Virus record (IMG/VR): IMGVR_UViG_3300035698_001735
Span: 52,741-116,740 of that record
Reading direction: 5' to 3' (one strand)
Source: a virus
DNA: 64,000 nt
A model generated the notes under the pieces. The model did no database searches. It was not told the DNA's origin and saw only the letters and a list, made by a program, of their open reading frames with translations. Within the stretch, counting starts at the first letter, position 1. Each line of letters opens with the position of its first letter. This document shows positions 1 to 10,389 of this stretch, piece by piece. A program made the translations under genes and the position numbers.

Positions 1-5
1 GGTCC

Positions 6-197
6 TTGTATGTGTGCTCATACGAGTGTCCGGAAATGGGAGACATGACTTTCCACATATGGGCAAAAAGCATGGTTGATGCCGAGTATCGAATGGCAAT
101 GATACAGGACAGTGCGGTAGTAATTGGTGCCCTTTACGAAATAGACGAAGAAGGCATACAAGACGTAACAGATGAAGAAGACGAGGAGGACGAATGA
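6..197 (+). CDS. hypothetical protein (possibly 5'-truncated by window edge)
   Basis: ORF with acidic C-terminus; stop overlaps next start (ATGA). Confidence 0.5.
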   Translation: MYVCSYECPEMGDMTFHIWAKSMVDAEYRMAMIQDSAVVIGALYEIDEEGIQDVTDEEDEEDE

Positions 198-409
198 TGC
201 TAATAGGAATGCAATGTGATCTAATGCATGTACATAGTACAGAAATAATTTTGTATAGGGCAACGATAGTATCTGAGCCAATGTATGTAGACAGGGTTCG
301 AAACGCAGTAATACACATATTAGTAGACGGAGAAATAAAAGAGGCATCTGCTTGCCAGTTGACTAATATACGCGCGGTTAAACCAAAGTTTCGAATAAGA
401 AGCAAGTAA
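194..409 (+). CDS. hypothetical protein
   Basis: GAGGA SD; paralogous N-terminus (MLIGxQC...YRATIVS) recurs at 688. Confidence 0.6.
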   Translation: MMLIGMQCDLMHVHSTEIILYRATIVSEPMYVDRVRNAVIHILVDGEIKEASACQLTNIRAVKPKFRIRSK

Positions 410-418
410 GGTTATTAT

Positions 419-688
419 ATGAAAATTCTAAAACAAGTAAAACTAATTTTACTCACACTAAGTATACTATTAATAGTTGGTTGCGGTATAGACAGTTCCC
501 AGGTACCGAACGAATTAAATCGTGCCATGGGTCCTATTACACTAGTAAGCGTAAGTCCTAAAGGTGTGCTTTTGTCCGACGGCAGGGGAGATATATATGC
601 GTATACTGGATCTTCTGCGTTTGCTCAAATTCTTATATCTGGGCAATTAGCAGCAGGCACAATAATAAAGCACAAGGAGAAAAAATAA
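419..688 (+). CDS. putative lipoprotein
   Basis: Basic N-terminus, hydrophobic stretch, lipobox-like IVGC. Confidence 0.6.
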   Translation: MKILKQVKLILLTLSILLIVGCGIDSSQVPNELNRAMGPITLVSVSPKGVLLSDGRGDIYAYTGSSAFAQILISGQLAAGTIIKHKEKK

Positions 689-914
689 TGTTAATAGGAA
701 AACAATGTACCGTAAGTGAAATATGTGATAACATTGACGTTTCGTATAGGGCAACGATAGTATCGAAGATGTATCCGAAGAAGACATTGAAAAATGCGCT
801 AATACGCTAGAAGTAGCCACTCGCGGCGCTTACTATCGCGGCTGGCACTTGATTACTCCGGATCTAACTTAGTAACAAATCATTTATTACACATTAACAC
901 AACAGGAGAGTAAA

Positions 915-1142
915 ATGAGCGGTGATTCAAAATTTTGGTTAGGTATGTGGGCTATAATAGCTTTGACTCTATTATCAATTATAGCAATCTCAACTAGTTT
1001 TTATAGACACCATAATGAGATAATGGTAAAAATGGTAGAAGCTGGCGCACATCCAGTAGCAGTTAGGTGCGCAATGGAAGATTCAATGGGAGACGATCCC
1101 GTTTGCGTTATATACGCTACTCGCGATAGCACAGGAGAATAA
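915..1142 (+). CDS. small membrane protein
   Basis: AGGAG SD, N-terminal TM helix. Confidence 0.7.
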   Translation: MSGDSKFWLGMWAIIALTLLSIIAISTSFYRHHNEIMVKMVEAGAHPVAVRCAMEDSMGDDPVCVIYATRDSTGE

Positions 1143-1143
1143 C

Positions 1144-1326
1144 ATGTCTGCCACGTTTAGAAAAGTCTTCATGGTAGGAACGATGCCTGAAAATAATTAT
1201 GAAGATAGCGAAGTCCTTACTATTAAAGAAGGACAGACAGACGACGAAGCCTTTGCTCAAGCAATAGCTGCGTATGGCGACGACGAAGAATTTTATATTG
1301 ACACCGAAGCGGATTGCAAAGGATGA
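1144..1326 (+). CDS. hypothetical acidic protein
   Basis: AGGAG SD, tight packing. Confidence 0.6.
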   Translation: MSATFRKVFMVGTMPENNYEDSEVLTIKEGQTDDEAFAQAIAAYGDDEEFYIDTEADCKG

Positions 1327-1444
1327 AAAAGAAAGAACCAGATCTCTATCTTAAACAGCTAGGGTGCTTAACATTTTCAAACTGCGGGTGGAAAGGCTAC
1401 GCGCAACTCGGCGGCAGGACATGCAAACATTTATTCCTTAACGT

Positions 1445-1711
1445 ATGGATTACTGCATCTTAAACCAATCAAAAATAGAGTCATTACTTGAAAGTATAGT
1501 AAACATAATTATTGGATTTAGTGTTGCTATTGCAAGTCAGATTGTAATTTTTCCAATGTTTGACATACATATACCATTTGCTACCAACTTATGGATATGT
1601 GCTTGGTTCACGATAATTAGTTTAGTACGAAGCTACGTCATACGACGTTGGTTTAATGCAGGGTTACATAAAGCAATTGTTAAACTAGCCAAGAAGGTTG
1701 CACTACGATGA
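1445..1711 (+). CDS. small phage membrane protein
   Basis: Two TM helices, QSK.ES..E...N..IG and RSY..RRWF pattern familiar from phage proteins; start uncertain. Confidence 0.65.
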   Translation: MDYCILNQSKIESLLESIVNIIIGFSVAIASQIVIFPMFDIHIPFATNLWICAWFTIISLVRSYVIRRWFNAGLHKAIVKLAKKVALR

Positions 1712-1894
1712 GCAGTACTACCTTATTCAGTGCATGGAAGAAGCGGGGAAGCCTATTTGACGTAGAACATCGTCATGAGTGCAGGCTTAGAGATAGCTGC
1801 ATTCCGTTAAATGAATGCTCGTGTGACTGTTACGAATTTGCTTTGTTTAGAGCAGGATACGCGGCGGGACGAAGCACAATTACTAAGGATAAAC

Positions 1895-2131
1895 ATGAGT
1901 AAATTTGACAGGCCAGTAACGAGAAAACAAGAAAAGTGGATAATTACAATTGCACTTACTATAGGAATATCTATATTAATATGGATAGGCATTACTGGTA
2001 TAGTCCATACCGCAGGTACGAAAGCAACATTTGAATCTAAATGCACAGCTAAAAACGGCATAGTAGCTACTACAGCCCACTCCTATAAGCCTATCTGCAT
2101 TTCTACTAACTTTATAATTTCAGTGGAATAA
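1895..2131 (+). CDS. small membrane protein
   Basis: AAGGA SD before ATG 1895 (MSKFDRP), one TM helix. Confidence 0.6.
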   Translation: MSKFDRPVTRKQEKWIITIALTIGISILIWIGITGIVHTAGTKATFESKCTAKNGIVATTAHSYKPICISTNFIISVE

Positions 2132-2133
2132 CA

Positions 2134-2415
2134 ATGGAACTACCTGTTAATTACGACAAGGCTACGCCTAATGTTAGGAGACTAGTAAGAGAAGAGTATG
2201 TACGCATACAAGAGGGTAAGTGCTACTACTGCAAAGAATTACTATCTGGTCCTCCGAGTAAAAAAGTTAAAGGCAAGACAGTAAACCGAAAGCTATTCCC
2301 GCAAGGGTTCTTTAGATGGCCGGTGCATTTGCACCATAACCATAAAACTAGCATGACGATAGGGGCTGTTCACAATTATTGCAATGCCGTTCTTTGGCAA
2401 TATCACGGGAAGTAA
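2134..2415 (+). CDS. Zn-binding endonuclease VII/HNH-like small protein
   Basis: QEGKCYYC...HLHHNH...GAVHNYCN, His-Me-finger-like. Confidence 0.55.
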   Translation: MELPVNYDKATPNVRRLVREEYVRIQEGKCYYCKELLSGPPSKKVKGKTVNRKLFPQGFFRWPVHLHHNHKTSMTIGAVHNYCNAVLWQYHGK

Positions 2416-2891
2416 CAATGGAACATCAAATAGGAATGTGGATCTTTTACGCATGGGCAGGAGTAGCGCTTTTGTCAATACCTACTTTTTTATACACCTC
2501 CGTGTATACTAAACTAAGCGGCCTGGCAGTACTAGGACTATGTGTCGCGATTATGGCATGGCCAGCTACTCTGATGTATATTGTAGTAGCTGCAATAACT
2601 AATTTAGTTGAATGGGCGGGGCTAACGTCATTTACGTATTTACGTTCGTTAAAACAAGTGAGAAAATAACTATGTTAGAATATATAGCAATTCTAGGATT
2701 TACAATGGTTGGATACTTATTCCCAGAGTGGTTACTGATAATCACCAAAGCAGAATCAATCGGTGTTCCGGTATCGCAGAATGTTCTAGCAGCAACGGCA
2801 GCGTTTTGTTTATCGACATATTACGTACTCGGAGCATAGCACCAATACTATAGTCGGAACTAAATACACAGTAACTACTAATATAGAGGCA

Positions 2892-3335
2892 ATGTGTATG
2901 TATACTTATAGGGCTATTATAAATCGAATTGTAGACGGAGACACAGTTGATGTTGACATTGACTTAGGTTTTAGTATGTGGATGCGCAATGCACGCATAA
3001 GATTAAAAGATCTCGATGCACCCGAGCAACGCACACGCGACTTAACAGTTAAAACATTTGGCTTAGCAGCAACAGCTAGGTTGGAAGAGATGCTACCAGT
3101 AGGACTCGAGTGCGTATTAATAACCAGCCTTGACACAAATGATAAATTTGGACGCATACTTGGTGCGTTTTGGTCAGGAGTTGCACCTGGGTTTGATAAT
3201 CAAACTGTGAACGATTGCATGATAAACGAAGGACACGCAGTTCCTTACTACGACGGCAGCAACCGATCTTTGTTAGCTGGATTACACGAAAAAAATCGAC
3301 AAAGATTAATAGCAGAAGGTAAAGTTGTTATATGA
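2892..3335 (+). CDS. thermonuclease (SNase)-like nuclease
   Basis: RIVDGDTVDVDIDLGF, RIRL..DAPE, DKFGRILG motifs. Confidence 0.85.
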   Translation: MCMYTYRAIINRIVDGDTVDVDIDLGFSMWMRNARIRLKDLDAPEQRTRDLTVKTFGLAATARLEEMLPVGLECVLITSLDTNDKFGRILGAFWSGVAPGFDNQTVNDCMINEGHAVPYYDGSNRSLLAGLHEKNRQRLIAEGKVVI

Positions 3336-3802
3336 AGACTACACTCAGATGGTGGCTACTAACGTGCGTTACTGCGTTAATGGCAGTGGCATGTTGGCAT
3401 TTTGGATTCACTGCATTATTGCAAGCAGCCGACGTAACTAAAATAGGATTTGTTATTATAGGGCTGTATGTTTTACTCAGCGCATACATAGGATATTTGT
3501 CTTATCATGTTGACAAGGATCCCGATATTGACATACGTCGAGCACTTAACTCTTTATGGTTTAGTTCAGATTCGTTTCTTACACTAGGCATGATAGGAAC
3601 TGTAATTGGTTTTATTATTATGCTAGGCGCTTCGTTCTCGGACATTGACTTATCGGATACCGCGACGCTAAAAGACGCGCTCGTCTTTATGGCACTCGGT
3701 ATGAGCACGGCTATGTACACTACACTAGTTGGCCTTATATGTTCGCAACTACTCAAAATGCAGCTAGTTAGTTTAGAAGCCGGAAAAACCCTTGCAGAAT
3801 AG
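3332..3802 (+). CDS. MotA/TolQ/ExbB-like proton-channel membrane protein
   Basis: LGMIGTVIGFI...GMSTAMYTTLVGL signature, several TM helices. Confidence 0.8.
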   Translation: MKTTLRWWLLTCVTALMAVACWHFGFTALLQAADVTKIGFVIIGLYVLLSAYIGYLSYHVDKDPDIDIRRALNSLWFSSDSFLTLGMIGTVIGFIIMLGASFSDIDLSDTATLKDALVFMALGMSTAMYTTLVGLICSQLLKMQLVSLEAGKTLAE

Positions 3803-4409
3803 ATATCAAACTACAACAGGATTCCGAGATTTACTTTTTAATTTAATCATCGGCATAACAGCAATGTTTTTCATAGCATTGATTATGATGAACCCTCCAG
3901 TAAAACAACACGATGCTCCTAAAAAAGCCGAGCTGTTAATAATTATAGAATGGACTAAAGATTTCAACGATGATATCGACCTGTGGGTATTAGCTCCGGG
4001 TGATGTAAAACTATGGTATGGCAATAAGCAGACTGGTTTGCTTAATTTAGAACGTGACGACCTGGGGTTTTCGACAGAAACAATAGCTAGTCAATCAGGT
4101 AGAAAAAATGATATATTGCCGATTAATAGAGAAGTTGCAGTAATCCGCGGGCCTATAGTAGGAAACTTTCAAGTAGCCGCGCATGTATATAATAGGCAAG
4201 GTGATTCTAGAGTGTTAACCGGACATATCACAGTGTCAGTCGTTAAGCTTAATCCTTACAAAGAAATGTATGTTAACCATTACACATACGACAAGCAAGC
4301 ACAACAAATTACATTAGTTAACTTTGACTTAGATAAAGATAGCGTTGCTTCTAACTTTAATAACTATCCAAACAACATCATCACAAACGATAAACCAGCA
4401 GGCCAATAA
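3792..4409 (+). CDS. MotB/ExbD-like partner with periplasmic beta domain
   Basis: TM helix with Asp (F.DLLFNL) after the MotA-like gene; W..D..DIDLWV..P motif. Confidence 0.6.
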   Translation: MQNRYQTTTGFRDLLFNLIIGITAMFFIALIMMNPPVKQHDAPKKAELLIIIEWTKDFNDDIDLWVLAPGDVKLWYGNKQTGLLNLERDDLGFSTETIASQSGRKNDILPINREVAVIRGPIVGNFQVAAHVYNRQGDSRVLTGHITVSVVKLNPYKEMYVNHYTYDKQAQQITLVNFDLDKDSVASNFNNYPNNIITNDKPAGQ

Positions 4410-4880
4410 ATGAATAGTGAATTAGCACCATTAATTTTATCAGTTAGTATACTTGCTATTTTAGTATTATACATCGGCATAGCAGTAAAGCGCACTCCGT
4501 TGATGTTTCTTATTATTCCAATTGCGCTAGCTTGTAGTGTTGTTTCGTTTGTGAACGTTAACAACTTATTAGGGTATCCGGTTGTTTCTCCTCTTAACGA
4601 CAAATCATTATACTTATATCACACTATTTCGAATGATGCAAAATCAATCTATATATGGCTGATTGAACCAAAAGAAGAAAAGCCTAGAGCAGTTACTATT
4701 CCAAATACTGACAAAAGTAGAAAGAAAGTAGAAGATGCTGCCGAACAAGCTCGCAACGGAATTCCGCAAGTGTTGCAAGTATTTGATGAATCTACGCCAG
4801 TTAACGGCAAGCAGTATGCAAGCGGGGAGTTTATCTTCTACAACTTTGATACTCCAGCAGCAGGCTATAAAACTCGTTGA
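4410..4880 (+). CDS. membrane protein (third gene of Mot/Tol-like triad)
   Basis: Two N-terminal TM helices then LGYP; abuts previous gene. Confidence 0.6.
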   Translation: MNSELAPLILSVSILAILVLYIGIAVKRTPLMFLIIPIALACSVVSFVNVNNLLGYPVVSPLNDKSLYLYHTISNDAKSIYIWLIEPKEEKPRAVTIPNTDKSRKKVEDAAEQARNGIPQVLQVFDESTPVNGKQYASGEFIFYNFDTPAAGYKTR

Positions 4881-4945
4881 CATTGTGTTTGTTTTATAGT
4901 ATAGTACACACATGCTTATTTTAGCATAACATGCTAGGAAATAAT

Positions 4946-5362
4946 ATGAATTTATACATAGACGGTGAGTGGAACAGTTTCGGTGGTGACTTAATATCAA
5001 TGGCTCTGTGCGCCGAGAGCGGGGAAGAGTTTTATGAGGTACTAGCTTGTCATGATCCCGATGAGTGGGTAGCAGTAAACGTCATGCCGATACTTAACAA
5101 AGAGCCAGTTACGCTTTTAGATTTTAAGATGAAGCTAGAAGAATTTTTAAATCAGTTTGACAGTGTACACATCATTGCCGACTGGCCTGAAGACATACAG
5201 CATTTTTGCAATGCGTTAATAATGGGTCCCGGCTTCAGGATGAACACGCCGCCGTTATCAATGGAAATAATTAGAATTGATTGTGCTTCTGCGGTGCCGC
5301 ATAACGCACTTGAAGACGCCCGAGGAATACGCGCAGCTTTAACAACACAGAGGAATACATAA
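4946..5362 (+). CDS. DEDD 3'-5' exo(ribo)nuclease, Rv2179c-like
   Basis: YIDGEW, LISMAL, ADWPED, HNALEDAR motifs; AGGA SD before ATG 4946. Confidence 0.75.
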   Translation: MNLYIDGEWNSFGGDLISMALCAESGEEFYEVLACHDPDEWVAVNVMPILNKEPVTLLDFKMKLEEFLNQFDSVHIIADWPEDIQHFCNALIMGPGFRMNTPPLSMEIIRIDCASAVPHNALEDARGIRAALTTQRNT

Positions 5363-5949
5363 TGTTAAGGTTTGCTATACTTGCACTTATAACGACGCTG
5401 TCTGTTGTAGTTGTTGTAGTTGTAACTTTATCAACTGTTGCCAAAGCCGAAGCAGATACTAGCTTCGCGGGGCCAATAATTGACCCATTGTTACACCCCC
5501 AGGTTTATTGCCTGGCCCAAAATGTTTACTACGAAGCACGCAATGACAGTCGTGCTGGTAAGTATGCAGTAGCTGACGCTGCATTAAATCGAGTCGAAAA
5601 TAATTACTTTCCCAACACTGTCTGCGATGTAGTTCAGCAAGGCAGCCTCAATAGTGGTAAGGTCTTTACTATCCGCAAGCAACGAGATGGCACGTATAAG
5701 CGCTTTCCGTCTTGTCAGTTTAGTTGGTTCTGTGATGGCAAGTCTGATGTTCCGGATGAAAGCGAAGACTGGAGGCTAGCGCAAGCTATTGCTTGGCAAA
5801 TAAAATACTACGGTAAATATAGAGGCATTACAGAAGGTGCCGACCACTACCATGCTGTTTATGTAGACGCTGTATGGGCCGATTCGTTACTTAGAATTAC
5901 CCAAATCGGACACCACGTATTTTATCGTTCTTCGTATAGGCGTAGATAA
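5362..5949 (+). CDS. cell-wall hydrolase, SleB/Hydrolase_2 family
   Basis: CLAQNVYYEAR, NRV...FPNTVCDVV.Q, CQFSW.CDG, GADHYHA, IGHHVFY; N-terminal anchor. Confidence 0.92.
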   Translation: MLRFAILALITTLSVVVVVVVTLSTVAKAEADTSFAGPIIDPLLHPQVYCLAQNVYYEARNDSRAGKYAVADAALNRVENNYFPNTVCDVVQQGSLNSGKVFTIRKQRDGTYKRFPSCQFSWFCDGKSDVPDESEDWRLAQAIAWQIKYYGKYRGITEGADHYHAVYVDAVWADSLLRITQIGHHVFYRSSYRRR

Positions 5950-5966
5950 GATCATATAAATACTGT

Positions 5967-7520
5967 ATGATATTAGGCATACTTACACTTATAACGGCAC
6001 TTTCAATTAGTGCCGTAGCAATTTATTATTCAGTCGCCGGCTTAGTTGCAATCTTTGCAGCTTCGGCAATCTCCATCATTATCATGGGCAGTGTACTAGA
6101 GGTATCCAAACTAGTAGCAACTGTTTGGTTACACCGTTACTGGGACGAAACCGTACTATGGCTACGCATGTATTTGTGTGTTGCTATTGTCCTCCTTATG
6201 CTAATCACAAGCATGGGAATTTTTGGATTTCTTAGTAAAGCACACATCGAGCAAGCGTCCGCAGGCCAAGAAAGCGTAGCACAATTAGCACGTATTGAAA
6301 GTGAAATAGCAAGACGAAATGCAGTAATTGATCGCGCTGATCAAAAACTCCTAAAGACTGAGACCTCAGGCACTAGTGCAGACACAAACATACAAACACA
6401 AATAGACCGCGAACAAGCACGCATAGACAGCGCATATACGCGCATACAGCAAGCAGAACAACGTCTAGTGCAACAGTTAGCACCTTACAAGCAAGAGCTT
6501 ACTAGCGTTGATACTATCCTCTCCGACCTTCAGGCAGCTATCACTAGCGGCAACATTAAGAAAGCACAAAGCATTGCTGGCACAAACCCTGATGGAAGTT
6601 ATGGGCCAAAAACAGCAGCCGCAATTGAAGCGTTTCGTGATGCACAGAACACTCGAAGACAAGAGTTGCTTGCTACAGTTCAAGAGCTACGAAGTCAGAA
6701 TGATAGTGCTAATCTCGCACGTAAACAAGTCGAAGATAGTAATAGTCTTATTACTCGATTGCGCGCACTGCTCGGACAAGATACCAGCATAGACTTAGAT
6801 ACTATTGTAGACGAACAGAACGCACGTATCAAATTAGCCACACTAGAACTTGATTCGTTAACCGAACAAAAGTATAATATACAGGCTAACTTTCGCAAGC
6901 TAGAAGCGGAAGTAGGGCCAATTAAGTACATTGCTGAATTTATATACGGCGGCAAAGCGGATAAAGAAATACTCGAAGCAGCAGTAAGTTGGATGATTGT
7001 GTTGATTATTATTACGTTTGACCCGCTCGCAGTTGCTTTGTTACTAGCAAGTCAGTATACACTAAAAGATCACTATGCAAAAAAGAAGACAGCTACTAAA
7101 CCAGTAGTTGATGTGCGCACTCCTTCTGCAGAAGCAGTTGACGAATACCATGATTACGAAGTCAACGAGTTAGGGAAAGGAACAGACGGCAACGAATGGA
7201 AAGTTGTTGACGGACAAGTAGTCAAAGTGTCTGACAGTTCTATTCTGTCAGAACCGGAGCCTAGTGATCTAGATACAGCAGATGACGACGAATACTTGGT
7301 ACTAACCACAGAAGAAGAACAACGAAAAGCTATATACAATTCATTTGACGAGTTAGTAGAGTGGAAAGAAGCCAAGCATAATTGGAAAACAAACAACCCG
7401 ACATTAACTATCAAAGAACAAAAGAATCGATATATTAAAGGGTATATAGACAAATTGCCGTGGGAAGATCACGAAACAGGTATCTTTGATAACACTCCTG
7501 GGCGTGATTTGGAATCATAA
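5967..7520 (+). CDS. membrane-anchored coiled-coil protein with peptidoglycan-binding-like motif
   Basis: TM helices at both ends, long coiled coil, PDGSYGPKTAAAIEAF; TATAAATA upstream. Confidence 0.7.
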   Translation: MILGILTLITALSISAVAIYYSVAGLVAIFAASAISIIIMGSVLEVSKLVATVWLHRYWDETVLWLRMYLCVAIVLLMLITSMGIFGFLSKAHIEQASAGQESVAQLARIESEIARRNAVIDRADQKLLKTETSGTSADTNIQTQIDREQARIDSAYTRIQQAEQRLVQQLAPYKQELTSVDTILSDLQAAITSGNIKKAQSIAGTNPDGSYGPKTAAAIEAFRDAQNTRRQELLATVQELRSQNDSANLARKQVEDSNSLITRLRALLGQDTSIDLDTIVDEQNARIKLATLELDSLTEQKYNIQANFRKLEAEVGPIKYIAEFIYGGKADKEILEAAVSWMIVLIIITFDPLAVALLLASQYTLKDHYAKKKTATKPVVDVRTPSAEAVDEYHDYEVNELGKGTDGNEWKVVDGQVVKVSDSSILSEPEPSDLDTADDDEYLVLTTEEEQRKAIYNSFDELVEWKEAKHNWKTNNPTLTIKEQKNRYIKGYIDKLPWEDHETGIFDNTPGRDLES

Positions 7521-7568
7521 CTCTTACTTTCTAGTTTAGTGATAAATATAAAAACAAAAAGGATTATC

Positions 7569-8855
7569 ATGAGATATCGAGAGTTTATCCTCATTGAGGG
7601 ATACAAAGAAGTACAAGACAAATTCAGCCAAGAAGCAGACCCCACCCAAGTAGCAACTGTCGTTGCTTCGTATAAGAAATTAGTAGATGCAAATCGAATA
7701 ACCGGCAACGAACGTAATATTGATTGGTGGGGTAAACAGGGATGGGCTAACTTTGAGAAATTTGTAACTGATACCCAAGCAATGCCAAGCCAAACCGTAC
7801 AAAAGAAACGAAAAGACGCCGGCGATGCACATGTAATAGAAGAAACAGACAAATGGCTTATAGTAGTTCCGCTTAATAAAGATGCCAGTTGCTTTCACGG
7901 AAAGGATACTAAGTGGTGTACAACTAAACCAGCTGCGGATCATTTTGAGGAATATTTCTACGAAGATAGCATTACATTAATATATTTCATACGCAAAGCA
8001 GACACGCAGAAATGGGCAATTGCAGTTGAGGAAGATCGGCCAGTATATTTTGATGTAAACGATAATAAAATGAATTCAAAAATATTTAATCAACAAACTG
8101 GACTAGACAGCGATAAGTATATTAAATTAGTAGGCGGCGATACAGAAGTCGGTAAAAAAGCCGAGGTTAGTAGAGAAACATATCGAGCAAATGTCAAAGA
8201 AATAGAAGCTCTTCTTAGACAATTCGAAATCGACAACACAACAGAAAGAAATAGAACAATTGAAACTTTATTGTTCAAAACTAGGCACGTTCATCTGGCA
8301 GCTATGTATGTCGAATTGCTATACGAGAACAACAATGAGGAGCTGGTTGATTTCGATCAACCGATGCAATCATTAGTTGCTAACGGCAGAACAATTAATA
8401 AGTTAAAAAATATAACCTTTAAAACAATGAAGCAGCAACTTAAGAACTACTGGTATGACGACGACCTGCACGAGATGCTAGAACGTGGTTTAGATTTCGC
8501 TGCCGGAGTTGTAAGCAAGATTGCAAATGATTCAAAATTAGCTGCTGCTTACGCAGGAGCTGTACTTGGCAAGCGATGGCCCGAAGCAGAAGCTGCTATA
8601 TCCAAAGACCCTGATGCGTCCCTTTATTATGTAGATCTTGTAATAGAACGCAGATGGAAACCTTTCGAAGCTGTTATGTTTAAAGATCCAGGGACAGCCT
8701 ACGAGTATGCACGATTTGCGGCGAGGAAAGGATGGATTGACGAACTACTAGCAGATCCTAAATGGAAGAAAGCTGAGGCTGTTATAGCCGCTCGCCCACC
8801 AACCCTCAAGCTCTACAACGCGTTCTTAAAAAAAATAGGCAAAGAAGAAATATGA
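7569..8855 (+). CDS. late, possibly virion-packaged protein with C-terminal helical repeats
   Basis: GATAAATA box, AGGA SD, N-terminus MRYREFILIE, TKWCT motif, RWPEAE..I.KDP-type repeats. Confidence 0.65.
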   Translation: MRYREFILIEGYKEVQDKFSQEADPTQVATVVASYKKLVDANRITGNERNIDWWGKQGWANFEKFVTDTQAMPSQTVQKKRKDAGDAHVIEETDKWLIVVPLNKDASCFHGKDTKWCTTKPAADHFEEYFYEDSITLIYFIRKADTQKWAIAVEEDRPVYFDVNDNKMNSKIFNQQTGLDSDKYIKLVGGDTEVGKKAEVSRETYRANVKEIEALLRQFEIDNTTERNRTIETLLFKTRHVHLAAMYVELLYENNNEELVDFDQPMQSLVANGRTINKLKNITFKTMKQQLKNYWYDDDLHEMLERGLDFAAGVVSKIANDSKLAAAYAGAVLGKRWPEAEAAISKDPDASLYYVDLVIERRWKPFEAVMFKDPGTAYEYARFAARKGWIDELLADPKWKKAEAVIAARPPTLKLYNAFLKKIGKEEI

Positions 8856-9241
8856 AACAGGTATATTTAATAACACCTCCGGACATAGTTCGGAATCATA
8901 ATTTTAGCTTACTGCTAGTGCATCCAAGTAAGCAAATGCGAGAAGACCTAACCGCTATCGTCGAGCCGTATAATATAAGCATGAACTTGTACATGTACGA
9001 CGAAGAGCTACCTAGATACGATTGGTTGTTGAATATAGCTAAAATGAGTGATATAGTGGTAATTGATATAGACAACTGTCCGCCAGAGACTCGCGAGATA
9101 GTGCCATACTTATTAGGGCAATCCAACCTATACTGGTTGACACAAGGCGAAAACCTAGTGTATAATACATTAAGTACAAATAGAATCTATTCGTTAGAGT
9201 GGATAACACAACATCTAGGAGATGAAACAGTACATGAATAA
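8852..9241 (+). CDS. hypothetical protein
   Basis: 129-aa ORF overlapping both neighbours. Confidence 0.65.
   Translation: MKQVYLITPPDIVRNHNFSLLLVHPSKQMREDLTAIVEPYNISMNLYMYDEELPRYDWLLNIAKMSDIVVIDIDNCPPETREIVPYLLGQSNLYWLTQGENLVYNTLSTNRIYSLEWITQHLGDETVHE
9137..9166 (+). promoter_or_regulatory. sigma70-type promoter for the rpsU-clpS-hemO-FDBR run
   Basis: TTGACA-N18-TATAAT. Confidence 0.65.
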
Positions 9242-9524
9242 ACCACGTAAAAACTTTAGTCCTACTGGTTACAAAGGCGGCCCTTCAAGAAATGAATACG
9301 AAGCACCTAAGAAACCCGGACTTTCAGTAATTGTACGCAATGGCGACATTAACAAAGCATTGCGTCAGTTTAAGAAGATGATAAGCGATGATGGCATTTT
9401 ACAGGAATACCGTGACCGGCAAACTTACGTTAAGCCTAGTGCGAGGCGCAAAAAGTCTCAAGCTGCTGCGAAAGCGCGTTGGAATAAAAAGCAAGAAACC
9501 CTAACCACTGTTCGCAAATACTAA
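9222..9524 (+). CDS. rpsU: 30S ribosomal protein bS21 with N-terminal extension (start may be 9234)
   Basis: V.VRNGDINKALRQFKK...GILQEYRDRQTYVKPSARRKK is the bS21 signature. Confidence 0.9.
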   Translation: MKQYMNKPRKNFSPTGYKGGPSRNEYEAPKKPGLSVIVRNGDINKALRQFKKMISDDGILQEYRDRQTYVKPSARRKKSQAAAKARWNKKQETLTTVRKY

Positions 9525-9535
9525 GGAGAACATAA

Positions 9536-9847
9536 ATGGCTATAGAGATCGACAACGACTTTGCAGTAGACGAAAAAGTAAATGAAACCGTAGACCTTCC
9601 TAGCAAATATAAAGTAATAATGATGAACGATGATCACACTCCTATGGAATGGGTAGTTGATCTGCTAGTAACTGTATTCAAACACAGCGACGCGTCAGCT
9701 AAAAGTATTACTATGGAAGTACACACAGAAGGCTCGGCAGTAGTCGGGGTGTATAGCTTCGAGGTTGCAGAGCAAAAGTCAGTAGAGGCAATGAACGCAA
9801 GTCGTAATCTTGGTTTTGAGCTTATGGTTAACGTTGAAGAAGAGTAA
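9536..9847 (+). CDS. clpS: Clp protease adaptor ClpS
   Basis: YKVIMMNDDHTPMEWVV...MEVHTEGSAVVGVYSFEVAEQK. Confidence 0.95.
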   Translation: MAIEIDNDFAVDEKVNETVDLPSKYKVIMMNDDHTPMEWVVDLLVTVFKHSDASAKSITMEVHTEGSAVVGVYSFEVAEQKSVEAMNASRNLGFELMVNVEEE

Positions 9848-10389
9848 TGAGTAAGTTGCGCGAGCTAACAGCAGAAGTACACAAAAATGCAGAGCGTCAG
9901 CCGTTTGTAAAAGAGCTAGTAGGAGGCATATCCAATCATAGATATGCTACCTATTTGTATAACCAAATGCGCATGTATATGTTGTTAGAAGAGCTAGCTG
10001 ATGCACACGATATTTTTGATACTATACCGGAAGCAAAACGCACACTAGCAATACATGCAGACTTTTGCGAAATGTGGGGAAACAAATGCAAAAAAGAACC
10101 AATGGTGTATCCAGTAGTTGAGCAGTACGCAAGCCACCTAGAAAATATTGCATACGATCCAGCTGCGCTAACTGCGCATATATATGTTAGACACATGGGC
10201 GACTTAAGTGGCGGACAAATGATAGCTAGCCGTGTGCCTGGCAAAGGTTTGTATTATCAATTTGATTGCGAAACAGATGACCTAAAGGATCGCATTAGAT
10301 TATTACTTAACGACAACATGGCCGACGAAGCTAAAATTTGTTTTGCTTATGCAGCCCAGCTGTTTAAGGAGATGCACGTAAATGAGTGA
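9847..10389 (+). CDS. hemO: heme oxygenase
   Basis: LRELT..VH..AE (proximal His), AHIYVRHMGDLSGGQMI, EAKICF. Confidence 0.93.
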   Translation: MSKLRELTAEVHKNAERQPFVKELVGGISNHRYATYLYNQMRMYMLLEELADAHDIFDTIPEAKRTLAIHADFCEMWGNKCKKEPMVYPVVEQYASHLENIAYDPAALTAHIYVRHMGDLSGGQMIASRVPGKGLYYQFDCETDDLKDRIRLLLNDNMADEAKICFAYAAQLFKEMHVNE

